Source: Octopus vulgaris (taxonomy: Eukaryota). From it: a stretch of 64,000 nt of DNA. A model generated the notes under the pieces. The model was not told the DNA's origin. It saw only the letters and a program-made list of their open reading frames with translations, and ran no database searches. The stretch lies in assembly GCA_951406725.2 (NCBI GenBank), contig OX597822.1, positions 73,408,001-73,472,000 of the forward strand. Direction: 5' to 3'. The position numbers were made by a program, and so were the translations under genes. Positions 28,055 to 42,086 of this stretch are shown piece after piece (the stretch's first letter is position 1; each line of letters starts with the position of its first letter).

Positions 28055-28457
28055 CAGAGAGACAGACAGGCAGACAGATTAGCAGACACGCGGACGGACG
28101 GGTGGATGGGTAGAAAGAAAATTATACGTATATATTATACATACGCATTTATTCACATATGAATCTATGCATGTCTCTGTATATATGTATATCTGTGTTA
28201 ACTAAATTTAAAGCACTCAATACAAAATAGACTGTGAAACAGTATACACACGTTAACCGTCTATAGACTGTATATAAACAAGTTCTTTGCTTTACAGACT
28301 AAACAGGACATGCTTCATTATTACATTATTAATAATCCATGGTTTCTTATTAACGGGTATAAAGTATAGAAATCCCGAGAATGGATTACACATGTTGTAA
28401 TTTGGGATCTTGTTTCATAACCGAAACTCAGTCTGGCTATATAACCATTATATATAG

Positions 28458-28790
28458 GGTGGCGAGCTGGTAGAATCGTTAGCACACCGGGCGAAATGCT
28501 TAGTGGTATTTCGTCTTCCCTTACGATCTGAGTTCAAATTCTGCCGAGGTCGACTTTGCCTTTCATCTTTTCGTGGTCGATTAAATAAGTACCAGCTACG
28601 CACTGGGGTCGATATAATCGACTTATCCGTTTGTCTGTCCTTGTTTGTCCTCTCTGTGTTTAGCCCCTTGTGGGTAGTAAAGAAGTAGGTATTTCGTCTG
28701 CCGTTACGTTCTGAGTTCAAATTCCGCCGAGGTCGACTTTGCCTTTCATCCTTTCGGGGTCGATTAAATAAGTACCAGTTACGCACTGGG
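28458..28790 (+). mobile_element. SINE family A, 1.5 tandem units
   Basis: Full unit followed by a repeat restarting at GGTATTTCGTCTG. Confidence 0.9.
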
Positions 28791-29919
28791 ATCAATAATG
28801 AAATATATATAACCATTATAAACATTTAACCTCTAGGTAGTTTTCGTATATGAGGAATAACTATAAGCTAATTTTCTGCTAAATTTATGTTTTCCTACTC
28901 TCTTCTGTATGAATAGGCTATAAATTACCTAATGCCTTGCAACAAATTATCCATCTTATCCCTATACGTATATATATATAAAGATCCATACACACACACA
29001 CCTACATATATACATATAGACATACATACATACATACATACATACATACATACATGCAGACAGACAGACAGTCATACATACAGACATACAGACGTTCATA
29101 CATGCATATGTAAAACAAATTGTCTGTCTTTCGTAAGACACACATTTGCAACTCTGCATAAATACCAGAAAGGTTTTCCATGATATGTTTATATTTGTTA
29201 TTCTTTGCAAGAACAGATCATTTCCATAGAAAATATGCAAGATTATCCATAAGTGAATTTAAAGGACGCTAAAATCAACACCCGCACTCCTTCGAGCTCA
29301 CAAGGCACAGTAAAATCTATTTCCCTACTCTGTTTCATTTAGAAGCTTAAAAAACAAAGACATGATTTTCCTATTGTAATTTGCAGTATCATCAATGATT
29401 TCTCCCTATACTGCATATTCTGGTAGATTAAGTAGCTCTCCAGACTAAAAACTACATATGCTGAAGCATCATTCAACATATATATCCTCAAAGAATTAGG
29501 TTTGCTTCGCAGAAGGTGTACGTCAATCTAGTTCGACAATATTGCAAATAATAAAACATAAATAAACGGGTTAAAAACTGAGGGACGTGCTCAAGAATTT
29601 TCGATTAATTGAAATCTCCTTCATCGCGAGGAGCATACGTTTTTCCGTATATAGAATAAATTGGAGTAGAGAACCAGACAGACAGGGATTAATAAAAATG
29701 GAAATTAGTACCCTAAATGAATATAATGGATCGTCGATAGATGGTTTGAAGAAATATGTTATTAGACAGAAAGGGAAATTAATAAAGAATGCTAAGTCAT
29801 TTGCATTCAGAATGGTGCAAAAAATGTAAGAAAGATAAAGATGTTATTGAATTACTAAATAATTAAAGGAAAGGAGGATTATGAATTAAAACTAAAATAC
29901 AATTTGTAACGTGCAAAGG

Positions 29920-30165
29920 GTGGAGGCGCATGGCTTAGTGGTTAGGGTGTTGAACTCATGATCGTAAAGTTGTGGTTTCGATTGCTGGACCGGACAATGC
30001 GTTGTGTTCTTGAGCAAAACACTTCATTTCACGTTGCTCCAGTCCACTCAGCTGGCAAAAATTAGTAATCCTGCGACGTCCCATCCAGGTGGGGAATTTC
30101 TACGCCACTGAAACCGGGAAACCGGCCCTTAGAGCCTGGCATGGCTCGAGAAGGAACATTTATTT
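29920..30165 (+). mobile_element. SINE family C variant
   Basis: tRNA-like head and shared body. Confidence 0.8.
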
Positions 30166-30440
30166 ATTAAGGTGCAAAGGTGTAATTGAAAAGACAGGAT
30201 AAACTATGATGTTATTATTAAAGCCTTGGAGAATGAGCTTAATTTTTAAAGTGGACAACAATACCAAGAATTGGCATGGATAGTGTAGGATAAATACGGT
30301 AGTTCAATATTGATGAAAAATACGTAAATAAATTTATCAATAGGTACAGCGTTAAGATAATAAAGTGACAATGGGAATTTTATGTTAAAGAACTTATGTT
30401 CGATTAACAACTTGTTTCTCTGGGAGTTGTCGAATAATGT

Positions 30441-30490
30441 AGACCCCTCTGATGATAAACCAGTAAGAGTCGAAAATCGATTAAGGGTTT
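30441..30490 (+). ncRNA. Type I hammerhead ribozyme, canonical core, decayed stem II
   Basis: CCCU-CUGAUGA-uaaaccaguaagaguc-GAA-AAUCGAUU-A-AGGG; palindromic stem III. Confidence 0.6.
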
Positions 30491-30704
30491 CTGTCATTTT
30501 TCGATATTGGAGAAATGAATAAATTCCATATATCTAAATGCCCACCATATAAGTTTACATATAAATGGTTCGATTAGATTCAGGTAGGCGAAGGGGCACA
30601 GTTAGTATCTAATTTTATATGCGAAAGGAATTCTAAAGTACAAATAACTAAGTTGTGAAAAATAAGCAAAACGTAGAAGGTTTAGTAAAATAATATACTC
30701 TCTT

Positions 30705-31072
30705 TTTACTCTATACTCTTTTACTTGTTTCAGTCATTTGACTGCGGCCATGCTGGAGCACCGCCTTTAGTCGAACAAATCGACCACAAGACTTATTTTT
30801 TGTAAGCCCAGTAATTACTCTATCGGTCTTTTTTCGAACCGCTAAGTTACGGGGATATAAACACACCAGTATCGGTTGTCAAGCAATGCTAGGGGGACAA
30901 ACAGACACACAAACACACACACACACAAATCGTCTACCAAATCCACTAACAAGGCTTTGGTCGGCCCGAGGCTATAGTAGAAGACACTTACCCAAGGTGC
31001 CAGGCAGTGGGACTGAACCCAGAACCATGTGGTTGATAAGCAAGCTACTTACCACACAGTCACTCCTGTGCC
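30705..31072 (-). mobile_element. SINE family B
   Basis: Reverse copy. Confidence 0.88.
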
Positions 31073-33258
31073 TACATATCTGAATAAGATAACATAGTAG
31101 AAGTCTTTGGATAAGTAATAACAAGAATTGTGTTACAGGTAAGTTATATAGATCGTATTAATGAAAATAATATTGAAAATACGATAGAAATAATGATAAA
31201 AGTAATGAAGATTAAGAAGATAAAATATTTGGAAACGTTTAGTGGTTTTAAAATTTCAATGAAAACAGGGTGAGGCACTTTCCTAATGGTGATTCACGTT
31301 TGCACATTAGTGAAAATTATTTCCAAGTTCCAAGTTTAATAAATATATAACTACAAGGATTCTCAATTCTGGTTTCCGGTCTGGTTTTCAACAAGATATT
31401 CCAGTTTCTATTATAAGTGGTAGATTTAGCTTTCAAATCCCTGATGTCGTTAGATAATAAATTTGTCTCTTTAGAATTACTGAAAGAGTAGATAGATGAG
31501 TGGTTCTTAAATTTGAAAGGATCTGAAGTTTTTCTGAAGTGAACAGCGAATTAATTTCGTCCTTAGCTTGGTAATTCAAATTTGAGGTATCATTGACTCA
31601 GTAGAAAAGTTGCATTAGTTTGTGAATGAAATAACGTTGTATTTACTCAGTCTTGAAAGTTTTGAGGTAGCAATATCTTAATCAAAATTAGGGGTAGCAG
31701 AATATGATTTTAATAGTATTTCTATTAAAAATTTGGTAATATGCTGTTTGATGAGAAAATGTTTCTTGGGTATTTCTTAATTGTTATGCGACTTTGTCTA
31801 GCTATGTATTGAAAAACGGATTAAACCAACTGGCACTGTTTCTTCAAATTTAAATGTAAAAATTTTATGAAGATATCTAATGACTTTTTTATGTACAATT
31901 TTAAACAACTTTTGGACATGGCATTTATATAAAATCGAAAAGAATTTCTGATGATTTTATATTAGCAGAATTTTCGACGGTGTAAAAAATAATCCTCAGA
32001 TTTTAATTTTCCTTGAAATGGTCTGCAGTTTGGAAGTTGCAGATACTTGAGGAGAAATGTCCATTACCTCGATGAAGACCACTCCAGTCACCTGGAAGGA
32101 CATTTTAAAGTTGTGTAGTACATACAGGCCCTGTATGTACACGACGGGCTTTCACAGTTTCCGTCAACCAATTGTACTTGCCAGGTATATAGTAGAAGAT
32201 ATTCCCAAAGGTGTCACACAGTGGGACTGAACGCAAAACCATGCGGCTGCAAGCAAGCTTTTTAACTACACAGCCAGGTCTTACACGTATTTATACAATA
32301 TTTATTTAAAAAACGGGAAAATATATTTTCAAATAATGTTGTAGAGATTATTCGCTTCACTCTGTTACTGCTCAAAGTAAGGATATCAGCGACCTGCGAT
32401 TTTGAGTAATTAAACCTTAGATTTGAACATTTGCATGTATCTGTACGTTAATCTGTGTGCGTGTATGTGAATCTGCGTGCGTGCGTGCGTGTGTGTTTGT
32501 ATGCGTGTGTGCGTGCACATGTGTGAGCGCGAGTGTGTGTGTGAGAGCTCGAATGTGTTTGTTGTTCTTCGTGTTATCGTTTTTGCCTCGTGTAAGGTGA
32601 CGAGCTGGTAGAATTCTGACTCTTTGCCTTCTGGTTTCGAATTCTCTTGTGGTTGACATTATCTTTAAATCTTTCTACATCGATAAAATAAGCACCAGTT
32701 GAACACTGAATATCGATGTAATCGACTCACCCCCTCCCCACTACCACCTTAAAATTACAAGCCTTGGGTCAAAATTTGAAACTATTACGTTTTCTCTTGT
32801 CTGAGAAAATGGCTGACCACGATCTTGATAATTGTTATAATGATACTGCTTACGTCAAAACAAGCAAAACAAAACCTTCACATATAGGACACACATGGTT
32901 AAGTTCATGTTTTGGTAGATACATGCTACATGCAGACAGCTCAGCGTGTTTCTACTATACTCTTACGCTTCTTTGGTTCTCAACAGTTATAGCTGTTGAT
33001 GTAAATTAATATTAACTCTTGTCGAAATGAAAACATTATTCTTCAGTAAAAAAAAAACTATGTCAGTTTCTGACGTACAGACTCACTAACACACATGTAT
33101 TCACACATTCACACGCATAGACACATACAACTATGCGTGTGTGTATACATATATATGTATGTTTGTATGTATGTATGTGTATATATATACATATATATAT
33201 ATATATACATATATATACATATATATATATACATATATATATACATATATATATATAC

Positions 33259-33307
<49 letters not shown>

Positions 33308-33367
33308 TACACACACAAATATATACATGCATGTGTGTGTGAGTTTGAGTTTCTTCGTGTGTATGTG

Positions 33368-33415
<48 letters not shown>

Positions 33416-33481
33416 CATATGTAAATATGTATGTGTGTGAATATGCAAATATATATATATATATATACATATATACATACA

Positions 33482-33518
<37 letters not shown>

Positions 33519-33989
33519 GTTCATTTATGCTTGCATGGTCTATGGATATATGCATACGTACATGTATACTTGCATGCTTACATACATATATGTACATAGA
33601 CACATGCGTAAATATAAACATGTTTACATTTTATGACCTGCACAAGAACCATTTTTAAAGAGAACACCAGACTGCTGTAGAAGACAGATATATATTACAT
33701 AATTACGTCAGTAATGAATCGTTTGTACATGTTAAACAACCTGTTACATTTGTGGAATAGGATGCATATCAGTCGCAATAATATATACAATGCAAAATAA
33801 ATAAATTCATATCTGATAAACATTCGGCAGTACTTTATGAGTATTAGGAAAATGATTTGTTAGACTTGTAATTTTATCCTATGTGCTGTATTATATCCGT
33901 AAGATTGAATGGTTTCAGTGAAAAATGAACTCAAAAACACACATTCTATAGTAATAATCCTTGAATGAGGACAATGATTCTAAGATCAC

Positions 33990-34625
33990 AGAGGAAACAT
34001 TTTTGTCAAGGATGTCATCCTTAACTCCAATGTAAAGCGATTTTGCTTAGATACGACTTTAGTCAAGATACTTCTACCCCTAACGTATGCCATCACTGAA
34101 GAAATTTTCTGTCTAAGACATACATCCGATCAGAAGAGTTTTTACATTAAATCAAACAAATCTCCAATCAAGAGATACTCCTCCAAAGAAGAGAGTTTCC
34201 GCACCGGGATGGTCAAGTCTTTCATCAAAGCATTTCCTCACGAAGACACACCTCGATGTTGTTCAACATGAAGACACACCTCAATTCACTAAAGCTCCGC
34301 ACAAGAACAACCTTCAAGCAAGGCAGACCAAGATAAAGACACGCCTCTAATATAAGCAGTTTTATTCAGACATGAATTTAATCAAGCCAGTTCTACGCAA
34401 AGACACACCTCAGTCAAAGCAGATATACAAGAAGACCTGCTTCAATCAAGAGAACTTCACACATAGACACACCTCTAACCAGGACACAACTTGCCAAACA
34501 CACGCTTCTAAGTAGTTCATACCCAGACTATGACATGTCTTCAATCATGATACACCTATCTACGCAATAATCAGCACGAAGCAAGACAGCCCTACATTAA
34601 GACATGGTTCTAATCAAGATAGATT
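33990..34625. repeat. Degenerate ~32-bp minisatellite with AAGACACACCTC motif
   Basis: Motif at about 34243, 34272, 34336, 34401, 34465, 34498 and 34531, with weaker flanking copies. Confidence 0.7.
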
Positions 34626-34917
34626 CGATCAGTTCAAATCTTTCGAACAACAGATTTGCGGGATCTAAAGTACGCTTGTGCAGAGATTATGGACACTTGC
34701 ATAAAAAGAAGCTCTATCGATGTTAAGTTTTACAACCTATAAACTTTCGTGTATATTTACAGTCTTTTCTTTGATCTGTGAATCCGCATATATATAAAAT
34801 TACACTGAGGAGATTCTTGCCCACAAACAATGATTTTTTATTAAGGGCGAGAATCGAAACATTTCTATGTAATTTATATTTTATATTTATTATTCATCAT
34901 ATTATGTTATAATATTA

Positions 34918-35171
34918 TTGGGTTGGTGCATAATTATTGCGGCTTTCTTTTTTTCAACAAACTTTATTCAAGAAAAACAATTGCAACATTTAACAAAAAC
35001 ATCTTTAAATGACGGTCTGACCGTCTTCCAAGCAAATGGGAAGCAGTAATTGAAGTATATGGTGAATATGCTCCGGAACAATCATTTAAAGATGTTTATG
35101 TTACATGTTGTTATTGTCTTTGTTGAATAAAATTTGTTGAAAAAAGCTGCAATAATTATGCACCAACCCAA
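34918..35171 (+). mobile_element. mariner-derived MITE
   Basis: TIR TTGGGTTGGTGCATAATTATTGC at both ends, TA target duplications, and an internal transposase C-terminal remnant (RLPSKWEAVIEVYGEYAPE). Confidence 0.9.
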
Positions 35172-35279
35172 TATAAGCATATAATATAATGTAATATTAT
35201 GCTAATAAATTTTAAATTTTAATTTTTCAATTGGCAATTGTTATATATATATATATATATATGTGTGCGTATGTATAAC

Positions 35280-35335
<56 letters not shown>

Positions 35336-35336
35336 T

Positions 35337-35543
35337 ACATTACTCGGTAGTCAAGATAAAACTCTGAGTTTCAGATGCCGAAGTGGAAATCCACAACACC
35401 ATCTCGGATTTCCACTTCGGCATCTGAAACTCAGAGTTTTATCTTGACTACCGAGTAATGTAACATATTGTATAGATAAATTTCCTCTATTTACATAATA
35501 TTGAGGTCTCTTTCTTTCTTTTGTTCTCTTACCGTTTTATCAA
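35337..35543. mobile_element. Fold-back short element in (TA)n with 3' half of an HHR
   Basis: Perfect 56-bp inverted arms (35337-35392 / 35406-35461), each carrying CAUCU-GAAAC-UCAGA-GUU. The minus arm has stem II AGAUG/CAUCU but the CUGANGA box is cut off. Confidence 0.7.
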
Positions 35544-35639
35544 TATATATATATATATATGTATGTATGTATGTGTGTGTGTGTGTGAATATATATATAA
35601 ATGAATAGAAAAAGGATATATATATATATATATACATCC

Positions 35640-36041
35640 TTTACTCTTTACTCTTTTACTTGTTTCAGTCATTTGACTCTGGCCATGCTGGAGCACCGCC
35701 TTTAGTCGAGCAAATTGACCCCAGGACTTATTCTTTGTAAACCTAGTACTTATTCTATCGGTCTCTTTTACAGAACTGCTAAGTTACGGGGACGTAAACA
35801 CATCAGCTTCGGTTGTCAAGCGATGTTGGAGGAACAAACACAGACACACAAACACATATACACACATACATACATATACATATATACGACGGGCTTCTTT
35901 CAGTTTCTGTCTACCAAATCCACTCACAAGGCTTTGGTCAGCCCGAGGCTATAGTAGAAGACACTTGCCCGAGGTGCCACGCAGTGGGACTGAACCCAGA
36001 ACCATGTGGTTCGTAAGCAAGCTACTTACCACACAGCCACT
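35640..36041 (-). mobile_element. SINE family B
   Basis: Full reverse copy. Confidence 0.9.
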
Positions 36042-36432
36042 AGTATATATATATATATATATATATTCAAATTTTAAAAGAACTCAAAAAATTTCTGAAG
36101 TTACAAATTTTTCATTTAAACTGAATTTAAAGTAATACCATATTGGTAGGGCACCAATAAATGCTTTATTATTATCGCTCCCTAAAATCTGGGGCCACAT
36201 ACCCAATTAGCCCTCTGCAGGAGCTAGCTTCAAAGTCTGAGCGAAATGCGGCTGTTAAGCTAATGTTTAATAAAGAAAATCTTACTCACACATGTATAAA
36301 GGAGATTTGTAGCAATATATAATTCTCTGCAGGCACAAGGGCTGAAATTTTGGAAGAATGGGCAAAACGATTACATCGACTCCAGTTTGTTAATATAAAC
36401 TTACTTATGATAATCTGATTTTTTAGTATATA

Positions 36433-36763
36433 CCGTATTTGATGGCCTATATATATATCGTATTTGATGGCCTAGGCTGTGCTTTTGTAAAATAAATTAC
36501 CACTAAAATGATGTTTTAATTCCTCCTACTTACCTCTATAACTTTATGCTACTACCAGTAACTATAAGCAATTTATTTCATCCACATTCGATATAAACAT
36601 ACCGTAGGCGATTGTTCACCAATAGATGGCAACACACATTTTGTAAATATGCATACCGTTTTGAGCGAGCTTTGAGCCAACATTGATTGCACTGGACGCT
36701 GGAGGATTTTTGAAAGCCATTTTGGTGTTAAAAAAACTGCGTCTAATAGGCCATTAAATACGG
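36433..36763. mobile_element. Tc2/pogo-like MITE
   Basis: TIRs CCGTATTTGATGGCCTAT / ATAGGCCATTAAATACGG with TA on both sides. Confidence 0.85.
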
Positions 36764-36909
36764 TAATAGTTTGCGCTTGGTTTTTATAATCACAATTATT
36801 TATATTTACAATTTGTTAACTTAATGTTCGATTTTCAAAACAAATCATTTTTAATAATATGATTAATTGAGAATTTGTCATTGGTATGTTAATTAGAGTG
36901 ATTTACTAA

Positions 36910-37305
36910 GTGGATGGAAGCACTCCGTCGGTTACGACGATGAGGGTTCCTGTTGATCCGAATCATTGGAACAGCCTGCTCGTGAAATTAACGTGTAAGT
37001 GGCTGAGCACTCCACAGATACGTGCACCCTTAACGTAGTTCTCAGGGATATTCAGCGTGACACAGAGAGTGACAAGGCCGGTCCCTTGAAATACAGGTAC
37101 AACAGAAACACGAAGTAAGAGTGGAGTGAGAGAAAGTTGAGGCGAAAGAGTACAACAAGGGTCGCCACCACCCCCTGCCGGAGCCTTGTGGAGCTTTAGG
37201 TGTTTTCGCTCAATAAACACACACAACGCCCGGTCTGGGAATCGAAACCGCGATCTTCCGACCGCGAGTCCGCTCCCCTAACTACTGGGCCATTGCGCCT
37301 CCACG
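36910..37305 (-). mobile_element. SINE family C
   Basis: Reverse homologue of 753-1062 with a different tail, shared with 43145-43482. Confidence 0.85.
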
Positions 37306-37569
37306 ATTTACTATGTAATTAATAAGTTAACTGAGGAAATACTAATTGAACTGGTACTTTTTTTATTAACCTCAAAAGGATGAAAAGCGAAGTTGACCTC
37401 GGCGGTAGATACATGTAATAATGAAAGAAAAGTGTTTTGCTATTCCTGTGATTGGCAGAATACTATTCATTCACAAATATTCAGAATTTGCTCAAGAATA
37501 GGTCAATATAATTCATCTTCTGTTGTTCATCAGATTGCAACTTGCAAAATTCTTTCTGTTCTCTTAAAG

Positions 37570-39030
37570 TCGAATTCTTGGAATGAGTAGAATGCAGAAT
37601 ATAGTTTTTTTTTTCTATTGTAGAGGAAAGGAAATAATGTTCAATTTTGACCAACAGTCTTTTCGAATGGATTTCAAAAAAAAATCCATCTAGAAAGGCT
37701 TGAAGTCGATACTTTTCTTCACTTATAATCCCCAACGGTATCTGAAGCGTTCCAAGATTTCCTTCTGTATCATAATTTTTCTATAGTTTCTGTTTTCTCT
37801 TTAAATCTTATTACTTGAAGCCCGTACATTTTCTCCGGGGCCATGAAAGACTTCTTCAACTGATTCATATGATTAAAAAAATGTTTGTGAAGAAGGCTCG
37901 CCTCTGGATATTATTTTTCATTTTCAAAGAATTTGACAAACTTTGGTTTATTATTTTCTGAAAAGTATTCTTGTAATTCACTTTTCAGCTCAAATATCCA
38001 GGAATATTGGAAAATTCTAATCATCAATCATATTTCTCTATATCGAAAGATATTTATATTCTTTGTTCAGGTTTAAGCTCAGATTTTTTAAATATATTAT
38101 CTGGAGTGAAGTGTGCTTCGTTACAAAAAATTGACCATCTTATAGTTACATCAAAATCGTTTACGAATTAAATATCCAAGAGGTTCTAAATCAACACCTT
38201 TCTGAGACGTTTATCAGAAAATTGATTCTTCATCATCAGGCTTGTCAGAGTATATTAAGATAACATTTTTGCCCTTGTTTTGCAAGAGAAACAAGCAATC
38301 GTAGGAGCCAATTCTTCCAGAGGAGACCTCTTGTTTCTATATATAACAACCTAATACAAAATATATCTATTCATTTGTTTATCTCGTACAATTTTTTTTT
38401 ACATCAGTTTTGAATTTCCCCTCATTAACAAATTTTACGAAAGCTACAACCAAAATTTCTCTGGTAAGATCAGTTGACACGTGGATTGAAAATTTTCTAT
38501 TTTTCAGATTATCACGCGCAAGACTTCTTCAGCGTTATGTGATATGTCAACATTAGTTAACATATTGTATTGCTTGAAAGTGGAACATTTTAAATTTCTT
38601 GTTACTTCATCAAGTCTCAGTACTTCACCCACCATAATTTTATATCCAGGCAATATTAGGCTCACTCCAACTGTGTAGCTTTTCTCTGTAATAATTTCTG
38701 CAACCAAATGACTTTTTTTGTTGGGCTTTTTCACTGACACCGATTTCAATTACAAAAGCTTTACCCTATTTTGAATTTCTTTTAGACTTTTTATATAATC
38801 ATTTTATATTTTTCACGTGACTGTACATTTTTGTGAGGTACCTTTCCAATTTTGCGGGAACCATTGTTGCATTTGAAAGTTGTCTGTCACAGACAATGCA
38901 CAATGGAATCGAACACCATTGTTCTCTTCATTTTTACATTGGTGTAAAAGCGTTTATCAGAAAATTTATTCTTCATCAATATGCCTATCAGAATATTCTT
39001 GATGCGTCCTCATAAAAAAAAACGCCATAA
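37570..39030 (-). pseudogene. hAT (Buster/Charlie, SCAND3/ZBED8-like) transposase fossil
   Basis: SHLVAEII..KSYTVGVSLILPGYKIMV matches S..VA..IA..KPHTIGE.LILP; upstream BED-finger remnant (CIVC.RQLSNATMVPAKL); many frameshifts. Confidence 0.75.
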
Positions 39031-39242
39031 GGAATGATCAGAATGGTCAGGTAGTTCCTAAAAAGTAGAAAAAGAATTTTTTTAAGATATCAATAAGACC
39101 AATGAAACCGGTGCAAATACAAACAGCAGAATTAATGTATGAGATAAGAGCATAAGAGAGAATGCGATGAAAAGAGAAAACAACACACAAAGGAGACTAC
39201 TATTTGTCAATTTCACACTGAAAGATATTCAGCAACAGTACT

Positions 39243-39579
39243 TTGGAGTAAAGATTGTCTGTCAACATAACATGGCAGTCCTGATTTAGGACGAATGTTG
39301 CTGTAACAACAGTTTTGACATTGTCTCCAGCTAGCTATATGACACGATCTGTGTCCTTATATTTTCAAACAAGGGAATCTAGCACCCCCACTTGGAAATC
39401 GCGATACACAGATATTGTTTTGAGCTGAGTGGGGTGCTAGATTCCCTTGTTCGAAAATATAAGGACACAGATTGTGTCGTATAGCCAGCTGGAGACGATG
39501 TCTCCTGGGGCTAAATTACAGCAACGTTAGTCCTAAACCAGGACTGCCATGTTATGTTGGCAAATAATCTTTACTCCAA
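39243..39579. mobile_element. Large fold-back (~150-bp arms) of a structured repeat
   Basis: 39243-39392 is the reverse complement of 39428-39579 with scattered mismatches. Confidence 0.8.
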
Positions 39580-39642
39580 TACACAAAGGTTTCGGTCAAT
39601 GACCTGACACCAGAACTTTACTTTGTGGCTGTATGGTAAGCA

Positions 39643-40060
39643 GGCGCAGGAGTGACTGTGTGGTAAGTAGCTTGCTTATGAACCACATGGTTCCGGGTTC
39701 AGTCCCACTGCGTGGGACCTTGGGCAAGTGTCTTCAACTGTAGCCTCGGGCCAACCAAAGCCTTGTGAGTGGATTTGGTAGACGGAAACTGAAAGCAGCC
39801 CGTCGTATATATGTATTTATATATATGTGTGTATGTGCGTGTGTAAATGTTTGTGTCTGTGTTTGTCCCCCCAACATCGCTTGACAACCGATGTTGGTGT
39901 GTTTACGTCCCTGTAACTTAGCGGTTCGGCAAAAGTGACCGATAAAATAAGTACTATGCTTACAAAGAATAAGTCCTGGGGTCGATTTGCTCGACTAAAA
40001 GCGGTGCTCCAGCATGGCCACAGTCAAATGATTGAAGCAAGTAAAAAAGTAAAAGAGTAA
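39643..40060 (+). mobile_element. SINE family B
   Basis: Full-length copy. Confidence 0.9.
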
Positions 40061-40089
40061 GTTTGATTTCAGCCCCATTATTATTAACG

Positions 40090-40680
40090 TCCAGGTACCT
40101 CCAAATTAAAGTGGTGAGGTGGCAGAATCTTTAGGATGTCAAACTAAATGCTTAGCAGCATTTTTTCCGACTCTCTACATTCTAAGTTCAAATCCTGCTG
40201 AGGGCAACTTTGCCTGTAATTTTTTCAAGGTCGATAAGATAAAGTACCAGTCAAGTACTTGGTTGGACATAATAAAAAATTGCTGGCCCTAATCTCTGCA
40301 ACGGAAGGGGGTCTCGTTCAGGAAAAGGTTGTGATCTCGGTCACTTGTACTACATAGAAACTGGGTAACAAGCTTTATGAATCCTTGGGGGTCAAGAAAA
40401 TAAAAAAAGACTTCAGTATTACTTCCATCCGAAGGCAGCGAGCTGGCAGAATCGTAAGCATGCCAAGCAAAAAGCTTAACGGGCATTTAGTCTGTCGTTA
40501 CTTTCAGAGTTCTAATTCCGGTGAGGTTGACTTTACCTTTCATCATTTCAAGGTCGACTTTGCTTTTCATCAATTCAAGGTCGATAAAATAAGAACCAGT
40601 TGAGCTCTGGGGTAAATATAATCGACTTCCTCGCTTTCCCGAAAATGCTGGCCTTGTGTTAAAATTCAAAACCAGTATTG
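40090..40680 (+). mobile_element. Two decayed SINE family A copies
   Basis: Heads at about 40092 and 40433 with core motifs. Confidence 0.7.
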
Positions 40681-41524
40681 CTTTTATACGATCGTGCATG
40701 AGTGTGTGTAAGTGTGTGTGTGTGTATATATATGCGTGTGCATGTGTGTGTATGTGTATGTGTGTATATGTGTGTGTATGTGCGTGTGTATGTGTATGTG
40801 TGCATGTGTGTATATATGTGTATGCGCATATGTGTGTATATGTGTGCATATGTGTATATGAGTATATGAGTATGTGTGTGCATGTGTGTATGTGTATGTG
40901 TGTATATGTGTGTGTGTACGTGTATGTGTTTATGTGTATGTGTGCGCATGTGTATGTGTATGTGTGTGTATGTGTGTATGTATATATACGTGTGTATATG
41001 TGTGTATGTGTGTGTGCATGTGTATGTCTGTATATGTTTGTATGAGTGTATGTGTATGTATGTATGTATGTATGTGAGTGTATATGTGTGAATTTATACC
41101 CAAAATGCTTTTGAAAATAAATTAAAATTCACACACCCACAGCAATTCTTCAAAAAATTTGTGCGCATAAATTAAAACAAAGAAGATGCAATCCGGTGCA
41201 TCAAGTAAAGCACCCAATAACCTACTCTCTCAAATTCTTACTCCCGCTAATTAATAAATAATTATGAATGACAACTATCTAATTAGTCAATTAAACTTTC
41301 AAAATTGTACGATGTGTTTAAAGCTTAACTGAATAGGTTTAATGTATCCATAAAACATTAATAAATGAATTTGAGCTGCTGCCTCTAGTCTTCCTGAGCA
41401 ATAGAAAACTGGATATCCATAGCGTTAACAGACATGATACTATTCTCTTTCCATATATATTAGTTAATTGAATTACGTAAATTTCTAGAAATATTCAGAA
41501 ATGGGCAACCTTTCTCTAATTTCA

Positions 41525-41740
41525 TCATTCTTTTATTTGACTCAGTCATTTGACTGCGGCCATCCTGGAGTACCGCCTTTAGTCGAACAAATCGACCCCA
41601 GGACTTATCATTTGTAGGCCTAGTACTTATTCTATCGGCCTCTATTGCCGAACCGCTAGGTGACAGGGACGTAAACACACCAGCATCGGCTGTCAAACGA
41701 TGGTGTGGGGACAAATAAGAACAACAAATGCATGCATATA

Positions 41741-41794
<54 letters not shown>

Positions 41795-41886
41795 TGCGTG
41801 TACGTCTGTGTTTTGTCCCACGACCGTCACTTGACAACCGATGCTGGTGTGTTTACGTCCCCGTAACTTAGCGGTATATATATATA

Positions 41887-41921
<35 letters not shown>

Positions 41922-42009
41922 ATTGTTTATAATTTTCACTTTTAAAGGTATTTTAATATGCCGGCCACTTGATGAAATTTTGGAAAATTCTATCCTATAT
42001 TAGAAGTAT

Positions 42010-42086
<77 letters not shown>

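Noticed and set aside
33990-34625. CRISPR-like repeat-spacer appearance
   Set aside because: Repeats are short and degenerate, the spacers resemble each other, there are no cas genes, and the context is eukaryotic.
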